From the NCBI GenBank assembly GCA_910579785.1, contig CAJTVJ010000003.1, positions 3,702 to 67,701 of the forward strand: DNA of 64,000 nucleotides, read 5' to 3'. A model generated the notes under the pieces. It was not told where the DNA came from, did no database searches, and saw only the letters and a program-made list of their open reading frames with translations. Origin of the DNA: an uncultured Christensenella sp. Lineage in GTDB: Bacteria; Bacillota; Clostridia; Christensenellales; UBA3700. Shown here piece by piece: positions 1 to 10,057 of this stretch. Numbering within the stretch: position 1 is the first letter of the stretch; the number at the start of each line of letters is the position of its first letter. Position numbers and translations under genes: made by a program.

Positions 1-1
1 T

Positions 2-577
2 TATTTCAATATGAAAGACGTCAAGGACGTATACGGTTTTCTCAATCAAATAAGCTCTGTTGGGTATAAAGAAAATTTTTGGATGACAAGTAGCAATATA
101 GACGAGGTGCATACCGAAAATCTTTTGGCTACGTCAAACCTATGGAGCATGTGTGTCAATATGAGGTATATGGCATTCTTGCCTTTGATGTTGGTGTCAT
201 TCATTGGCTTAGCGGCATTGGGATACGTTTCTATCAGTTATCTCATATCTTCAAAGTCCAAGTCTTACAATATTTTGCGCTCGCTTGGCTTTGGGAAAAA
301 GAGTATTTTGTTGATACTGTTTATCCAAGTCATGACCGTCATAGTCGCCGAGTGTATTTTGGGAATTTCGTTTGGCGCGCTTTGTTGTCATCTGTTTGGT
401 AGAATATTTGCCGATTACGGCGTGCCGGCGGGCATTACTCCCGAAGTTCCTATGCCTATCGGATATGCGGCGCCTCTTATCGTAGTTGGACTTTCAATAC
501 TGATAGGCGGCGTAATAGTAATTGCGCATACACGTTCGATTTTTTCAAAATCTATTATAGAAAATAAGACGAAATAG
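2..577 (+). CDS. C-terminal part of a fused ABC ATPase / FtsX-type permease (5' end lies outside the window)
   Basis: The frame is open from base 2. The translation aligns along its length with the C-terminal ~190 aa (FtsX-type TM module) of the downstream 808-aa paralog at 608-3034. Confidence 0.8.
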   Translation, partial: YFNMKDVKDVYGFLNQISSVGYKENFWMTSSNIDEVHTENLLATSNLWSMCVNMRYMAFLPLMLVSFIGLAALGYVSISYLISSKSKSYNILRSLGFGKKSILLILFIQVMTVIVAECILGISFGALCCHLFGRIFADYGVPAGITPEVPMPIGYAAPLIVVGLSILIGGVIVIAHTRSIFSKSIIENKTK

Positions 578-607
578 AGGGATAGAGAAGTTGCAATATG
601 GAGAAAA

Positions 608-3034
608 TTGATGTTAAAGCTTAATGGGATAAGCAGGGCATATGATGACAAAATCGCGCTTAACGGCATAGACTTGACCTTTCCCGACAAAGGACTTGTA
701 ATAATCAAAGGGGAGAGCGGCAGCGGAAAGACCACTCTCCTCAACTTGCTTACAGCGCACGATTATCCTACGTCAGGCACAATGACGTTTGACGGAGTGG
801 AGATAAATCGAAAGAATAGCGAAAAGTATAGAAAGGCGTATTGCAGTAATATATATCAAGACTATATGCTTATTGAAGATATGACTGTGGGCGAGAATAT
901 AGAGCTGGCATTGCAGGCATACGGCAAGAGATATACTCAGGAAGACATAAAGACATTGCTTGCCAAAGTGGGAATATCCGAGGAGTATATGACCAAGCAG
1001 GCGTCAAAGCTGTCGGGCGGAGAGAAGCAAAGGGTGTCGATAGCGAGAGCGATAGCCAAGGATAAGGCAATGATATTTGCAGACGAGCCGACGGGCAATC
1101 TAGATTCGCAGAACGGCGAGATGGTGATGGAGATACTCAAAGAGATATCCAAAGAGAGATTAGTGGTAGTAGTTTCGCACAATGAGTCGTTTAATGCAAA
1201 GTATGCAGACTATACAGTAGAGCTTATAGACGGAGTGGTGGAGAGCAGTAACTTGCCGCAGATAGAAGAGGAGGCAGGGAAAGAGAAAGGCAAGCTGCTT
1301 AAAAGCAAGAGTAGATTAAAATTCAAAGAGTTGATAAAGCTATCTTCTTGGGGTTTTAAGAAGAATAGGGCTAAGGCAGTTATTTCTGTCGTAGCATTTG
1401 TTATGCTGAGTATTTTAAGTCTTATATTTACAGTATGTGCTTTATGCGACGTTAATTTGTCGTATTCCAAATCTTTAAGTAAATGCGATCGAAAAAATTT
1501 TATGGCAAATATAATAAACAGCACATGTAACGCTGGTGATATTGATAGATTTGAGAAAAGTTTAGACAACCGATGTTCGGAAGTTTATAACTGCCTCAAT
1601 AAGTTTAACATTGGAAAAATAGATTTGGAAGCGTCGGCTAAGTTTAGTGAAAGATATCAATTGCCCAACGAAAAGCACAGCTATACGGGAAATCTGCCTC
1701 AAAGATTCATCCCATATATATGTTACGGCATTGTTTATAATCCGCAAATAAGCGTTGACGTCGAAATTTTGCACGGTGAATTTCCCAAGGCTTACAACGA
1801 CATTATGTTGCCGTACTGTCTTGCATGGTATATGTCCGAGGCATGTGTAGATTATAAAACTGACGACGTAAGAAACTTGATAGGCAGAGAAATAAAATAT
1901 ATACATTTTGGAGGCGATATAGGATATAGGATTTGCGGAATTTTTGACGAAGGAATGTATTATACGGATTTTAAAACGCCGCAAAGCAAGAATATCGTAA
2001 AATATTATAATGATACAAATATTATGGGCATAAGCGTTATACTCGCACCTGATGTAAAGGAGTTTTGGTATAACAATGCATGTCGCAACGGATCGGTTGA
2101 ATTATACGGCAATAATTATATCGGAGATCGGGATGTTTTGGTATATGGTTACGACAAGTTCAGCGGATACGCAGTGAATTATGATCCGCTTGCCGATAAT
2201 GAAGTTTACATTGATAGGTCTGTCGCTCTGGCTCTCGGTATCAACGTGGGCGATATTCTTTCAAATACAAAGTATAGCGTTCTTAATTCTGACGATGGAA
2301 GACCTGTCGATAAGAACTTTGACGGATTGATAGTAAAAGGTATATTTGATTTGCCTGAGTATGGGAAGTTTGTAATCTTCTCTTCGAATTATTTTATCAA
2401 TAATTTTATAATGTATTCAAAAGTATCGGGACTCAACAGCTTTTATTTTAACTTAAAAGGAAATGACGATAATTATGGTTTTCTCAACAAAATTACAGCT
2501 GTCGGATATGAGGAAAATATTTGGCAGGGCAATGAGATAGATAATAATATAGACGGCGTTAATGCCGAAAATCTGTTTCTTACTACCGGACTTTATTCGG
2601 CGATTTCCGGATATAGAAATATTATATTTTTACCGCTTTGTATAATTGCAATGTTGGGGTTGGCAACTATGGGTTTTATATCAACAAATTTTTTGATTTC
2701 GTCAAAAGGTAATGCTTACAACATATTGCGCGCTCTTGGGTTTGGCAAATGGAATATTGCTCTTATACTTTCTATTCAAGTGTTTTTATTAATAGCGCTG
2801 GGATGTATATTGGGCATTACCGTCAGCGCCGTCGGATTGCATTCGTTTGGCAAAATATATGTCAAATCAAAGCTTGGCGTTGCCGCAAGGCTTTCAAGTG
2901 AAGTTATGTTGCCGATAGGATATACTGCGCCTTTAATAGCAATAGCAATATCGGTATTGATAGGAGTCCTATTGGTAGCTGAAAAGACATTTGCACTTTT
3001 TTTAAAATCTATCATGGCAAACAAGGCGGATTGA
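608..3034 (+). CDS. MacB-like fused ABC transporter: N-terminal ATPase, TM1, large extracytoplasmic domain, C-terminal FtsX TM bundle
   Basis: Walker A GESGSGKTT, signature LSGGEKQR and Walker B IFADEPT are present. A TM segment sits near aa 255-280 and 3 TM helices at the C-terminus. GGAG lies 7 nt upstream of the ATG. Confidence 0.85.
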   Translation: MMLKLNGISRAYDDKIALNGIDLTFPDKGLVIIKGESGSGKTTLLNLLTAHDYPTSGTMTFDGVEINRKNSEKYRKAYCSNIYQDYMLIEDMTVGENIELALQAYGKRYTQEDIKTLLAKVGISEEYMTKQASKLSGGEKQRVSIARAIAKDKAMIFADEPTGNLDSQNGEMVMEILKEISKERLVVVVSHNESFNAKYADYTVELIDGVVESSNLPQIEEEAGKEKGKLLKSKSRLKFKELIKLSSWGFKKNRAKAVISVVAFVMLSILSLIFTVCALCDVNLSYSKSLSKCDRKNFMANIINSTCNAGDIDRFEKSLDNRCSEVYNCLNKFNIGKIDLEASAKFSERYQLPNEKHSYTGNLPQRFIPYICYGIVYNPQISVDVEILHGEFPKAYNDIMLPYCLAWYMSEACVDYKTDDVRNLIGREIKYIHFGGDIGYRICGIFDEGMYYTDFKTPQSKNIVKYYNDTNIMGISVILAPDVKEFWYNNACRNGSVELYGNNYIGDRDVLVYGYDKFSGYAVNYDPLADNEVYIDRSVALALGINVGDILSNTKYSVLNSDDGRPVDKNFDGLIVKGIFDLPEYGKFVIFSSNYFINNFIMYSKVSGLNSFYFNLKGNDDNYGFLNKITAVGYEENIWQGNEIDNNIDGVNAENLFLTTGLYSAISGYRNIIFLPLCIIAMLGLATMGFISTNFLISSKGNAYNILRALGFGKWNIALILSIQVFLLIALGCILGITVSAVGLHSFGKIYVKSKLGVAARLSSEVMLPIGYTAPLIAIAISVLIGVLLVAEKTFALFLKSIMANKAD

Positions 3035-3225
3035 CAACAGCGCCGTGCGGAAATGCGGTGATGACGTCCCATTTGCGATATATTGTTTTTTTAAAAATAA
3101 AATTTAAAAAACTGCTTTAAAATTGTGGTATTATTTCAATTCATTTGATATAATACATTGGAGAAAAAAGATATCAAATTTTGAGCGCGCAAGTAATTTT
3201 ATTTGCAGAGGCTCGCAGAGGACAT

Positions 3226-4191
3226 ATGAGAAAAATCGGAGTATTGACAAGCGGCGGTGATTCGCCGGGCATGAACGCTTGCGTGAGAGCGGTAGTTCGT
3301 TATGCAATTTATCAAGGTTTGGACGTTTACGGCATAGAGCGCGGATATACCGGACTTATACGCAACAACATCAATGAGATGAATAAGCGTTCTGTATCTG
3401 ATATTATCCAAAGAGGCGGCACAATTTTAAAGACTGCAAGATGTCCCGAATTTGTCGAGGACAAGTATATGCAGATCGCCGTTGAGAATATGGAAGCTTA
3501 CGGTATCGACGGCTTGATAGTTATCGGCGGCGACGGAAGTTTTAGGGGTGCGCTTGATCTTTATCAGAAATTCGGCGTAAAGGTCGTGGGTATTCCCGGT
3601 ACGATTGACAATGATTTGGCTTACACCGACTATACGCTTGGATTTGACACCAGCGTAAATACAGTTGTGTCGGCTATCAACAACTTGCGCGATACCATGA
3701 CTTCGCACGACAGAGTGTGCATAATAGAAGTGATGGGCAGAAAGTGCGGCGATATAGCTCTTTATGCAGGACTGTGCGGCGGCGCTGAAATAATCTTGGT
3801 TCCGGAAGTTCAGCAAGATCTCAAACAAGTCGTCAAGAAGATATGTCTCAACCAAAGAGTGGGCAAGACGTCGGATATTATCGTACTTGCGGAAGGCGTA
3901 TGCAAGGCTGAGGACCTCAAACAACACCTTAAAGACAACGGTGTGACGGGATCAATAAAGACGACTACGCTGGGATATATTCAAAGAGGCGGCGCGCCTT
4001 CTATGGCGGACCGTGTGCTTGCGGCAAGATGCGCAGTCAAAGCAGTTGACTTGCTTATGGAAGAGAAGGGCGGCAGAGTCGTCGGCATAAAGCAAAATCA
4101 AATCATCGATGCCGATATAGAGGAAGCTCTTAAAGAGCCTCGCAAATTCGACGAAAAGCTTTACAATACCGCGATGATATTGGGATTGTAA
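3226..4191 (+). CDS. pfkA: ATP-dependent 6-phosphofructokinase
   Basis: Motifs IGVLTSGGDSPGMNA, GGDGS and PGTIDND are present. The ATG at 3226 is preceded by AGAGGA; the TTG at 3181 would add a non-conserved 15-aa extension. Confidence 0.93.
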   Translation: MRKIGVLTSGGDSPGMNACVRAVVRYAIYQGLDVYGIERGYTGLIRNNINEMNKRSVSDIIQRGGTILKTARCPEFVEDKYMQIAVENMEAYGIDGLIVIGGDGSFRGALDLYQKFGVKVVGIPGTIDNDLAYTDYTLGFDTSVNTVVSAINNLRDTMTSHDRVCIIEVMGRKCGDIALYAGLCGGAEIILVPEVQQDLKQVVKKICLNQRVGKTSDIIVLAEGVCKAEDLKQHLKDNGVTGSIKTTTLGYIQRGGAPSMADRVLAARCAVKAVDLLMEEKGGRVVGIKQNQIIDADIEEALKEPRKFDEKLYNTAMILGL

Positions 4192-4236
4192 TTTGCAAAA
4201 TCAGCAAAAAGGGAAACATTGATTGAATATTTCAAT

Positions 4237-4270
4237 AGCGCGTACTTGGCGGTGCGCGCTACTCGTTTTA
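4237..4270 (+). terminator. Intrinsic terminator after pfkA
   Basis: 9-bp stem AGCGCGTAC/GTGCGCGCT (one G-U pair) followed by a T-containing tail ACTCGTTTTA. Confidence 0.6.
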
Positions 4271-4344
4271 TATCATTTATAAGTCGATTTTAGTAGCTTT
4301 AAAATAATTTACATAAAATTTACATTCCTATTATATCCAATTAT

Positions 4345-4373
4345 TTGACTTAACGGTCTTATTAGTATAAACT
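4345..4373 (+). promoter_or_regulatory. Candidate sigma-A promoter of the S10 operon
   Basis: TTGACT (4345-4350), 17-nt spacer, TAAACT (4368-4373). It would give a ~185-nt leader before rpsJ. Confidence 0.45.
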
Positions 4374-4469
4374 AAACAAGCTTTCGTCTGTAAGGGACGA
4401 GACGGGAGGTTACCTTATATATAAGGAGAACTTTCGTTGACAAGAGTCCGACAATCGGGCGACTAACAT

Positions 4470-4492
4470 AAAGGCTGTGTGCAGGCCTTTTT
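4470..4492 (+). promoter_or_regulatory. Terminator-like hairpin plus U-run inside the rpsJ leader (possible attenuator)
   Basis: AAAGGC-loop-GCCTTT followed by TTT, about 70 nt upstream of the rpsJ ATG. Confidence 0.35.
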
Positions 4493-4561
4493 AAAAAAGA
4501 CGGAAGCGGAACGCACGGAAGTGCTATTAAAAAATAAGTTAGGTAAAAAGGAGACACAACA

Positions 4562-4870
4562 ATGGCAGCACAGACAATCAGAATCAAATTGAGAGCTTAC
4601 GATCACAACCTTATCGACGTAGCGGCAGACAAAATCGTTGAGACGGCAAAGAGAAGCGGCGTTCAGGTATCTGGACCTATCCCACTTCCTACGGAGAAAG
4701 AAGTTGTTACTATCATAAGAGCAGTCCATAAATATAAGGACAGCAGAGAGCAATTTGAGCTCAGAACACACAAGAGACTTATCGATATCATCAATCCTAC
4801 TTCTAAGGCAGTAGACGCGCTTATGAAATTGGACTTGCCGGCAGGCGTTGATATCCAAATCAAGCTCTAA
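4562..4870 (+). CDS. rpsJ: 30S ribosomal protein S10
   Basis: The translation [14 protein letters not shown]...SGPIPLPT is typical of S10. AAAGGAG RBS. Confidence 0.98.
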   Translation: MAAQTIRIKLRAYDHNLIDVAADKIVETAKRSGVQVSGPIPLPTEKEVVTIIRAVHKYKDSREQFELRTHKRLIDIINPTSKAVDALMKLDLPAGVDIQIKL

Positions 4871-4937
4871 TCAAAATCAGTCGATTAAAATTGCATAAAA
4901 GCGATTTTTCAAAATAAATAGGAGGATGAACTTTATC

Positions 4938-5558
4938 ATGAATAAAGCAATCATTGGAAAAAAGTTGGCAATGAGTCAAATTTTTGCTCCCGACGGCACG
5001 GTGATACCTGTCACGATAGTACAGGCTGGACCTTGCCCGGTCGTGCAAAAGAAAACCCTTGACAATGACGGATACGAAGCAATTCAAATTGCTTTCGGCG
5101 AAATCAAAGAAAGAAACGTCACTAAACCTATCAAGGGTCACTACAAGAAGGCAGGCGTTACGCCGAGAAGAGTACTTCGCGAGTTTAAGACAGACGTGGC
5201 AAGCTATGAGCTTGGACAGGAACTCAAATGCGATCAATTCGCAGTAGGATCATTGGTAGACGTAAGCGGTACTTCAAAGGGACACGGTTTCACGGGCGCA
5301 GTAAAGAGATGGAATCATCACTGCGGACCTATGGCTCACGGCTCGGGTTATCACAGAGGCGTAGGCTCTATGGGCGCTTGTTCAACTCCTTCGAGAGTAT
5401 TTAAGAACAAGAAAATGTCGGGACATTGGGGGAACGAGAAAGTTACAGTCAAAAATCTCACGGTGGCAAAAGTCGATGCCGAGCGTAATCTTCTTTTCAT
5501 CAAGGGTGCAATCCCGGGTGCAAAGGGTAACGTTGTTGTTGTGAAACAAAACGGTTAA
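4938..5558 (+). CDS. rplC: 50S ribosomal protein L3
   Basis: GHGFTGAVKRWNH motif. The ATG at 4938 gives the usual MxKAIIGKK N-terminus; the ATG at 4926 overlaps the GGAGG RBS. Confidence 0.96.
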   Translation: MNKAIIGKKLAMSQIFAPDGTVIPVTIVQAGPCPVVQKKTLDNDGYEAIQIAFGEIKERNVTKPIKGHYKKAGVTPRRVLREFKTDVASYELGQELKCDQFAVGSLVDVSGTSKGHGFTGAVKRWNHHCGPMAHGSGYHRGVGSMGACSTPSRVFKNKKMSGHWGNEKVTVKNLTVAKVDAERNLLFIKGAIPGAKGNVVVVKQNG

Positions 5559-5572
5559 AGGAGTGAGCGAAA

Positions 5573-6199
5573 ATGAAAGTTAACGTTTTAGATATTAAGG
5601 CGAAGAAAGTCGGCGAGATAGAGCTCAGCGACAGCGTATTCGGCGTTGAATACAACGAGCCGCTTATTCACCAAGTTATAGTAGCTCAGTTGGCAAACAG
5701 AAGACAAGGCACCAAGTGCACTTTGACCCGTACGGAAGTCAGAGGCGGAGGCAAGAAGCCTTGGAGACAAAAGGGCACAGGCAGAGCAAGACAAGGCAGC
5801 ATTCGCAGCCCGCAATGGACAGGCGGCGGCGTGGTATTTGCTCCAAAGCCCAGAGATTTTTCTCAAAAAATCAACAAGAAGATGAAGAGCGCGGCAACTT
5901 TGTCGGCACTCAGCGCAAAGGTAAGCGACAACGACTTTATCGTTCTTGACAAACTCGTACTTGAAGAGGCAAAGACAAAGTACGTCGCTCAAATGCTCAA
6001 AGCCTTTGAGATAGATAAGAAAGTATTGTTGGTTGTAGGCAACGACGACGCAAACGTATTGAGAGCTTGCGCAAACATACCCAACCTCACGCTTATCAAC
6101 GCAGACCTCATCAACGTATACGATTTGGCGGCAAACGCAAAGTGCATCTTCACGGTTGACGCTGTAAACAAAATAGAGGAGGCATATAAGAATGAATAA
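5573..6199 (+). CDS. rplD: 50S ribosomal protein L4
   Basis: KPWRQKGTGRARQGS motif; operon position. Confidence 0.97.
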   Translation: MKVNVLDIKAKKVGEIELSDSVFGVEYNEPLIHQVIVAQLANRRQGTKCTLTRTEVRGGGKKPWRQKGTGRARQGSIRSPQWTGGGVVFAPKPRDFSQKINKKMKSAATLSALSAKVSDNDFIVLDKLVLEEAKTKYVAQMLKAFEIDKKVLLVVGNDDANVLRACANIPNLTLINADLINVYDLAANAKCIFTVDAVNKIEEAYKNE

Positions 6200-6482
6200 G
6201 TATGATATTATAATATCTCCTATCCTTACAGAAAAGAGTTATGACGGCATTGCGGCAAAGAGATATACTTTTAAAGTTGCTTGCGACGCTACTAAGACTC
6301 AGATAAAGGTGGCTGTCGAAGATATATTCGGCGTAAGCGTAGCAAAAGTAAACACCGTCAACGTAAACGGCAAGAAGAAGAGAATGGGCAGAAACGAAGG
6401 TATGACGTCCGCTTACAAGAAGGCAATAGTTACGTTGACAGAAGAAAGCAAGACGATCGAATTCTTTGAGAGTCTGGCATAA
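6192..6482 (+). CDS. rplW: 50S ribosomal protein L23
   Basis: L23-like sequence and position; overlaps the rplD stop by 8 nt. Confidence 0.96.
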   Translation: MNKYDIIISPILTEKSYDGIAAKRYTFKVACDATKTQIKVAVEDIFGVSVAKVNTVNVNGKKKRMGRNEGMTSAYKKAIVTLTEESKTIEFFESLA

Positions 6483-6498
6483 TCAGGAGGTAAGATAA

Positions 6499-7323
6499 AT
6501 GGCTATTAAGAGATATAAACCTACTTCCCCGGCCCGTCGTTTTATGACAGTGTCGGCTTACACCGAAATCACGACGACCAAGCCGCAAAAGGGATTGCTT
6601 CAATCGCTCAACAAAAGCGGCGGTAGAAATGCGACCGGTAGAATCACCGTAAGACACATCGGCGGCGGCAACAGACAGAAGTATAGAATAATTGACTTTA
6701 AGCGCAATAAGGACAACGTACCTGCAAAGGTAGCTTCGATAGAGTACGATCCAAACCGCAGCGCAAACATCGCTCTCCTCAATTATGCGGACGGCGAGAA
6801 GAGATACATCATCGCTCCGCTGGGATTGCAAAAGGGCGATACGGTAATGAGCGGCGAGAATGCAGACATCAAGACGGGCAACACGCTTCCTCTTGAAAAG
6901 ATACCGGTAGGTACTGTCATCCACAACATCGAGATGCACCCGGGCAAGGGCGGTCAGATAGCAAGATCGGCAGGCAATTCGGCACAGCTCATGGCAAAGG
7001 AAGGCAAATACGCAACGTTGAGACTTCCAAGCGGCGAAATGAGATACATTCCTATCAAATGCAGAGCTACGATCGGACAGGTCGGCAATCTCGAACACGA
7101 GATAGTTTCTTTGGGTAAGGCCGGACGTAAACGTCATATGGGCGTAAGACCTACCGTCCGCGGCGTAGTCATGAACCCTTGCGATCACCCGCACGGTGGT
7201 GGTGAAGGTAAGTCGCCGATAGGTATGCCGAGTCCTGTAACTCCTTGGGGTAAACCTGCTTTGGGTTACAAGACCAGAAAGAAGAACAAGAGCAATAAGT
7301 TCATCATCAAGCGTGTGAACTAG
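6499..7323 (+). CDS. rplB: 50S ribosomal protein L2
   Basis: [17 protein letters not shown] and HPHGGGEGK motifs. Confidence 0.98.
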   Translation: MAIKRYKPTSPARRFMTVSAYTEITTTKPQKGLLQSLNKSGGRNATGRITVRHIGGGNRQKYRIIDFKRNKDNVPAKVASIEYDPNRSANIALLNYADGEKRYIIAPLGLQKGDTVMSGENADIKTGNTLPLEKIPVGTVIHNIEMHPGKGGQIARSAGNSAQLMAKEGKYATLRLPSGEMRYIPIKCRATIGQVGNLEHEIVSLGKAGRKRHMGVRPTVRGVVMNPCDHPHGGGEGKSPIGMPSPVTPWGKPALGYKTRKKNKSNKFIIKRVN

Positions 7324-7334
7324 GAGGATCAAAA

Positions 7335-7613
7335 ATGAGTAGATCAGTAAAGAAAGGACCTTTCGTCGAAGAAAGACTTATAAAGAGAATTATCGCAATG
7401 AACGAAGCCAACGAAAAGAAGGTTGTCAAGACTTGGTCAAGATCTTCCACAATCTTCCCTGAGATGGTAGGACACACGATAGCCGTACACGACGGCAGAA
7501 AGCACGTGCCTGTATACGTCACAGAAGATATGGTAGGCTGCAAGCTCGGCGAGTTTGCCCCCACGCGTACCTTCAAAGGACACGCAGGCGAGAAAACTAC
7601 GGGTAAGAGATAA
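7335..7613 (+). CDS. rpsS: 30S ribosomal protein S19
   Basis: [17 protein letters not shown] motif. Confidence 0.98.
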   Translation: MSRSVKKGPFVEERLIKRIIAMNEANEKKVVKTWSRSSTIFPEMVGHTIAVHDGRKHVPVYVTEDMVGCKLGEFAPTRTFKGHAGEKTTGKR

Positions 7614-7624
7614 GGAGGCGTAAA

Positions 7625-8029
7625 ATGGCAAAGAGATTAAGAGAAAAAGCTGCTGCTCGCAAAGAGAATGCAGACAAGCGTCCAAGCGCAACTGCCAAGT
7701 ACGTAAGAATTTCTCCCGATAAGGTAAGAATCGTGCTTGACATAATAAGAGGAAAGAGCTATGAAGAAGCTTTGGCAATACTCAAATTTACGCGTAAAGC
7801 CGCATGCGAGCCGCTCATCAAACTTTTGAATTCGGCAGCTGCCAACGCAGAAAACAATTTGAATATGGACAAGACGTCGCTCTACGTAGCAGAATGTTTT
7901 GCCAACGCAGGTCCGATACTCAAACGTATCAGAGCAAGAGCTAAGGGCAGCGCGGCAAGAATCAACAAGCGTACCAGCCATATAACGATCATCTTAGATG
8001 ACGCGGCTGTTGCAAACAAGGCAGAATAA
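7625..8029 (+). CDS. rplV: 50S ribosomal protein L22
   Basis: L22-like sequence ([19 protein letters not shown]) and operon position. Confidence 0.96.
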   Translation: MAKRLREKAAARKENADKRPSATAKYVRISPDKVRIVLDIIRGKSYEEALAILKFTRKAACEPLIKLLNSAAANAENNLNMDKTSLYVAECFANAGPILKRIRARAKGSAARINKRTSHITIILDDAAVANKAE

Positions 8030-8046
8030 TCAAGGAGGCAGAAAAA

Positions 8047-8727
8047 ATGGGTCAAAAAGTTAGTCCGCACGGATTGAGAGTGGGTGTAATAAAAGATTGG
8101 AACGCTCAGTGGTATGCTGACAAGAAGAACTTTTCCAAGAATCTCATTGAAGATCACAAGATTAGAACTTACTTGAAGAAGCAATATTATCAATGTTCTA
8201 TCTCCAAGATTACGATAAGCAGAATACTTTCGTCGGCAAACGATATCGTCATCGTTACGATATACACTGCAAAGCCGGGTATCATGATCGGCAAGGCAGG
8301 CGCAGGCGTAGAGCAGATCAAGAAAGAAGTAATGAAGCTTGCTCCCAAGAAGAGCGTAAGCATCAATATTATGGAAGTTAAGAGACCTGACACGGACGCT
8401 CAACTTATCGCAGAGAATATCGCAGTTCAGCTCGAAAAGCGTATCGCTTTCAGAAGAGCAATGAAGGGTTGCATATCTAAGGCTATGAAGGGCGGAGTCA
8501 AGGGTATCAAGACAATGGTATCTGGTCGTCTTAACGGAGCGGAAATCGCAAATTCCGAGAGCTATCACGAAGGTTCGATACCTCTTCAAACTTTGAGAGC
8601 AGATATCGACTACGGTACTGCTGAGGCTCACACCACGTTTGGTATAATCGGCGTTAAGGTATGGGTTTACAAAGGCGAAGTACTTGGAAAGAACGTAAAG
8701 GAAAATAAGGAAGGAGGTAATGCGTAA
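8047..8727 (+). CDS. rpsC: 30S ribosomal protein S3
   Basis: N-terminus [13 protein letters not shown]; KH and S3-C regions. Confidence 0.98.
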   Translation: MGQKVSPHGLRVGVIKDWNAQWYADKKNFSKNLIEDHKIRTYLKKQYYQCSISKITISRILSSANDIVIVTIYTAKPGIMIGKAGAGVEQIKKEVMKLAPKKSVSINIMEVKRPDTDAQLIAENIAVQLEKRIAFRRAMKGCISKAMKGGVKGIKTMVSGRLNGAEIANSESYHEGSIPLQTLRADIDYGTAEAHTTFGIIGVKVWVYKGEVLGKNVKENKEGGNA

Positions 8728-9158
8728 TGTTAATGCCTAAGAGAGTTAAAAGACGTCGCGTACACCGCGGCAGATTGACGGGACAGGCTAACAAAGGTAA
8801 TAAGGTGGCATACGGCGAGTTCGGTCTCGTTGCCTTGGAGCCGAGTTGGATTACCTCAAACCAAATAGAGGCTGCCCGTATAGCGATGACGCGTTATATA
8901 AAGAGAGGCGGTAAGGTATGGATCAACATATTCCCGCACAAGCCTATCACAAAGAAACCTGCCGAGACCAGAATGGGTAGCGGTAAAGGCAGCGTAGAGT
9001 ATTGGGTAGCAGTAGTCAAGCCAGGTCGCGTAATGTTTGAAATGGCAGGCGTAAGCGAAGAAGTCGCACGCGAAGCATTGAGACTTGCATCACACAAATT
9101 GCCTGTTAAATGCAAATTTGTAAAGAAAGAAGAGGTGAGCGCAGATGAAAGCAAGTAA
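8727..9158 (+). CDS. rplP: 50S ribosomal protein L16
   Basis: N-terminus [15 protein letters not shown]; the start overlaps the rpsC stop. Confidence 0.98.
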   Translation: MLMPKRVKRRRVHRGRLTGQANKGNKVAYGEFGLVALEPSWITSNQIEAARIAMTRYIKRGGKVWINIFPHKPITKKPAETRMGSGKGSVEYWVAVVKPGRVMFEMAGVSEEVAREALRLASHKLPVKCKFVKKEEVSADESK

Positions 9159-9387
9159 TTTTTTTGAAATGACAAACGAAGAACTTAATCTCAAATTGAA
9201 TTCTTTGAAAGAAGAGCTGTTCAATCTTCGCTTTAAGCACAAAGCAGGTCAACTTGAGAACGCTAATCAGCTTGCAATATGCAAAAAGGATATTGCAAGA
9301 GTCAAGACGATAATACGTCAAAGAGAACTCGGCATATCCGAAGAGCCTGCAAAGGCAGCTAAGAAAGCCGTTAAGAAGACTAAATAA
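9145..9387 (+). CDS. rpmC: 50S ribosomal protein L29
   Basis: [10 protein letters not shown] motif; operon position. It carries a K/A-rich C-terminal tail. Confidence 0.93.
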   Translation: MKASNFFEMTNEELNLKLNSLKEELFNLRFKHKAGQLENANQLAICKKDIARVKTIIRQRELGISEEPAKAAKKAVKKTK

Positions 9388-9401
9388 GGAGGATAAAGAA
9401 C

Positions 9402-9659
9402 ATGGAAGAGAGAAATCTTAGAAAAACCAGAGTTGGCGTAGTAGTTAGCAACAAGATGGATAAGACTGTTGTAATAGCTATCAAAGAGCGTGTTAAGCAT
9501 CCTCTTTACGGCAAGATCGTTAACAGAACAAAGACGTTCAAGGCTCATGACGAGCAGAATGAATGTGGCATTGGCGATACGGTACGTGTCGCAGAAACAA
9601 GACCGCTGTCCAAAGAAAAGCGTTGGAGAGTAGTCGAGATCATAGAGAAAGCTAAATAA
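9402..9659 (+). CDS. rpsQ: 30S ribosomal protein S17
   Basis: [21 protein letters not shown] motif. Confidence 0.97.
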   Translation: MEERNLRKTRVGVVVSNKMDKTVVIAIKERVKHPLYGKIVNRTKTFKAHDEQNECGIGDTVRVAETRPLSKEKRWRVVEIIEKAK

Positions 9660-9673
9660 GGAGGACCCCAAGT

Positions 9674-10042
9674 ATGATACAACCGGAAACAAGATTGGTC
9701 GTTGCTGACAATTCGGGAGCAAAAGAGATCAAATGTATTAGAGTAATGGGCGGTTCATTCCGTAGAAGCGGTAATATAGGCGACGTAATAGTTGCGTCAG
9801 TTCAGGCTGCTACCCCAGGCGGCGCAGTCAAGAAGGGCGACGTTGTCAAAGCGGTAATCGTAAGAACCAAGAAAGGTATCAGAAGAACCGACGGCTCGCA
9901 CATCAGATTTGACGACAATGCTGCTGTAATTATCGACAATCAAAAACAACCTAGGGGTACTCGTATCTTTGGACCTATCGCCAGAGAGTTGAGAGAAAAA
10001 GATTATATGAAGATAATCTCTCTTGCCCCAGAGGTAATCTAA
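9674..10042 (+). CDS. rplN: 50S ribosomal protein L14
   Basis: N-terminus [18 protein letters not shown]. Confidence 0.98.
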   Translation: MIQPETRLVVADNSGAKEIKCIRVMGGSFRRSGNIGDVIVASVQAATPGGAVKKGDVVKAVIVRTKKGIRRTDGSHIRFDDNAAVIIDNQKQPRGTRIFGPIARELREKDYMKIISLAPEVI

Positions 10043-10057
10043 CGGAGGTAGACCAAT

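Noticed and set aside
3181-3225. A TTG start would extend pfkA by 15 codons.
   Set aside because: The extension (MSAQVILFAEARRGH) is not PFK-like. The ATG at 3226 has an AGAGGA RBS and gives the canonical MRKIGVLTSGGD N-terminus.
6430-7332. A 300-aa ORF lies antisense to rplB. Similar long antisense ORFs occur at 7882-8631, 11684-12265 and 12602-13168.
   Set aside because: They lie entirely opposite highly conserved ribosomal-protein genes. They have no RBS, and their Arg/Ser/Leu-rich composition is typical of antisense frames.
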